From Trypanosoma brucei (lineage: Eukaryota), in the NCBI GenBank assembly GCA_000002445.1, contig CP000068.1, forward strand, positions 800,001-864,000: a DNA stretch of 64,000 nt, in the 5' to 3' direction. Under the pieces are notes generated by a model, which ran no database searches, was not told where the DNA came from, and saw only the letters and a program-made list of their open reading frames with translations. Position numbers and translations under genes: made by a program. Below are positions 63,826 to 64,000 of this stretch, piece by piece. The first letter of the stretch is position 1. The number at the start of each line of letters is the position of its first letter.

Positions 63826-64000
63826 ATGAGCAGCGATTCAAAAGCCATCCGCAACACCGACGCTTTGGGGCGCGCTTACATGCAGCTGCTTTCTTGCACC
63901 CTCGGTTTAGAGAAGGAGGTTGAAAAATATTATGTCCGAGAAGAGGCCATCATTCGCGAGCGTGTTATGCTACTCGACAAAATACAAAGTAACATCGCGG
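63826..64000 (+). CDS. 5' end of a hypothetical protein gene; the CDS continues beyond the window.
   Basis: ATG at 63826 opens a frame that runs to the window edge ('MSSDSKAIRNTDALGRAYMQLLSCTLGLEKEVEKYYVREEAIIRERVMLLDKIQSNIA'). It is on the same strand as the cluster. The upstream ORF at 63398..63829 is a Phe/Ile-rich UTR translation. Confidence 0.35.
   Translation, partial: MSSDSKAIRNTDALGRAYMQLLSCTLGLEKEVEKYYVREEAIIRERVMLLDKIQSNIA

Noticed and set aside
63398-63829. 143-aa + strand ORF upstream of the last (partial) gene
   Set aside because: It is a Phe/Ile/Tyr-rich translation of AT-rich UTR-like sequence and overlaps the real ATG at 63826. Judged non-coding.
1-64000. Ran through the full feature checklist for rRNA/tRNA/snRNA/snoRNA genes, retroelement remnants and centromere/tandem-repeat signatures, and, because the prompt raised them, CRISPR arrays and prokaryotic defence or mobile systems
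   Set aside because: The sequence is clearly eukaryotic and kinetoplastid-like. There are no direct-repeat/spacer arrays, no integrase, transposase or reverse-transcriptase ORFs, no periodic tandem repeats and no convincing C/D-box snoRNA pairs that I can support without tools.

Overview
The window reads as a trypanosomatid (Trypanosoma-like) nuclear chromosome segment. Coding GC is roughly 50% and intergenic regions are AT-rich, which resembles the T. brucei group, but the species cannot be proven from the sequence alone. All credible protein-coding genes (about 25) lie on the + strand. They are intron-less and separated by AT-rich spacers of 0.3-1.5 kb. Each spacer carries polypyrimidine tracts followed by AG upstream of the first ATG, the expected layout of one RNA polymerase II polycistronic transcription unit processed by trans-splicing. 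I found no rRNA, tRNA, CRISPR array, mobile element or prokaryote-style defence system that I can support.

Recognisable genes:
- RNA cytidine acetyltransferase NAT10/Kre33
- eIF3 subunit b
- ribosome-biogenesis factor SDA1
- ZPR1 zinc-finger protein
- NMN/NaMN adenylyltransferase
- L-gulono/galactono/arabinono-1,4-lactone oxidase
- a Macro-domain protein
- an otubain-type OTU deubiquitinase
- an OSCP1 homologue
- an inositol-monophosphatase-fold protein
- a METTL25/RRNAD1-like methyltransferase
- TPR and IQ-motif proteins
- a very large divergent P-type-ATPase-like membrane protein
- a cation/H+ antiporter-like gene whose reading frame is broken

The ORF track uses non-ATG (TTG/GTG/CTG) starts, so I re-set CDS starts to the first in-frame ATG.

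Things worth a second look:
- the frameshifted antiporter
- apparent pseudo-enzyme substitutions in the P-type-ATPase-like and IMPase-like proteins
- a ~5 kb ORF-free, microsatellite-rich region of alternating homopurine and homopyrimidine blocks (38.99-44.0 kb)
- two short ORFs with good trans-splicing context
- a Cys/His-motif protein with a ubiquitin-like C-terminal domain

No database search was run. All homology calls rest on remembered family motifs.
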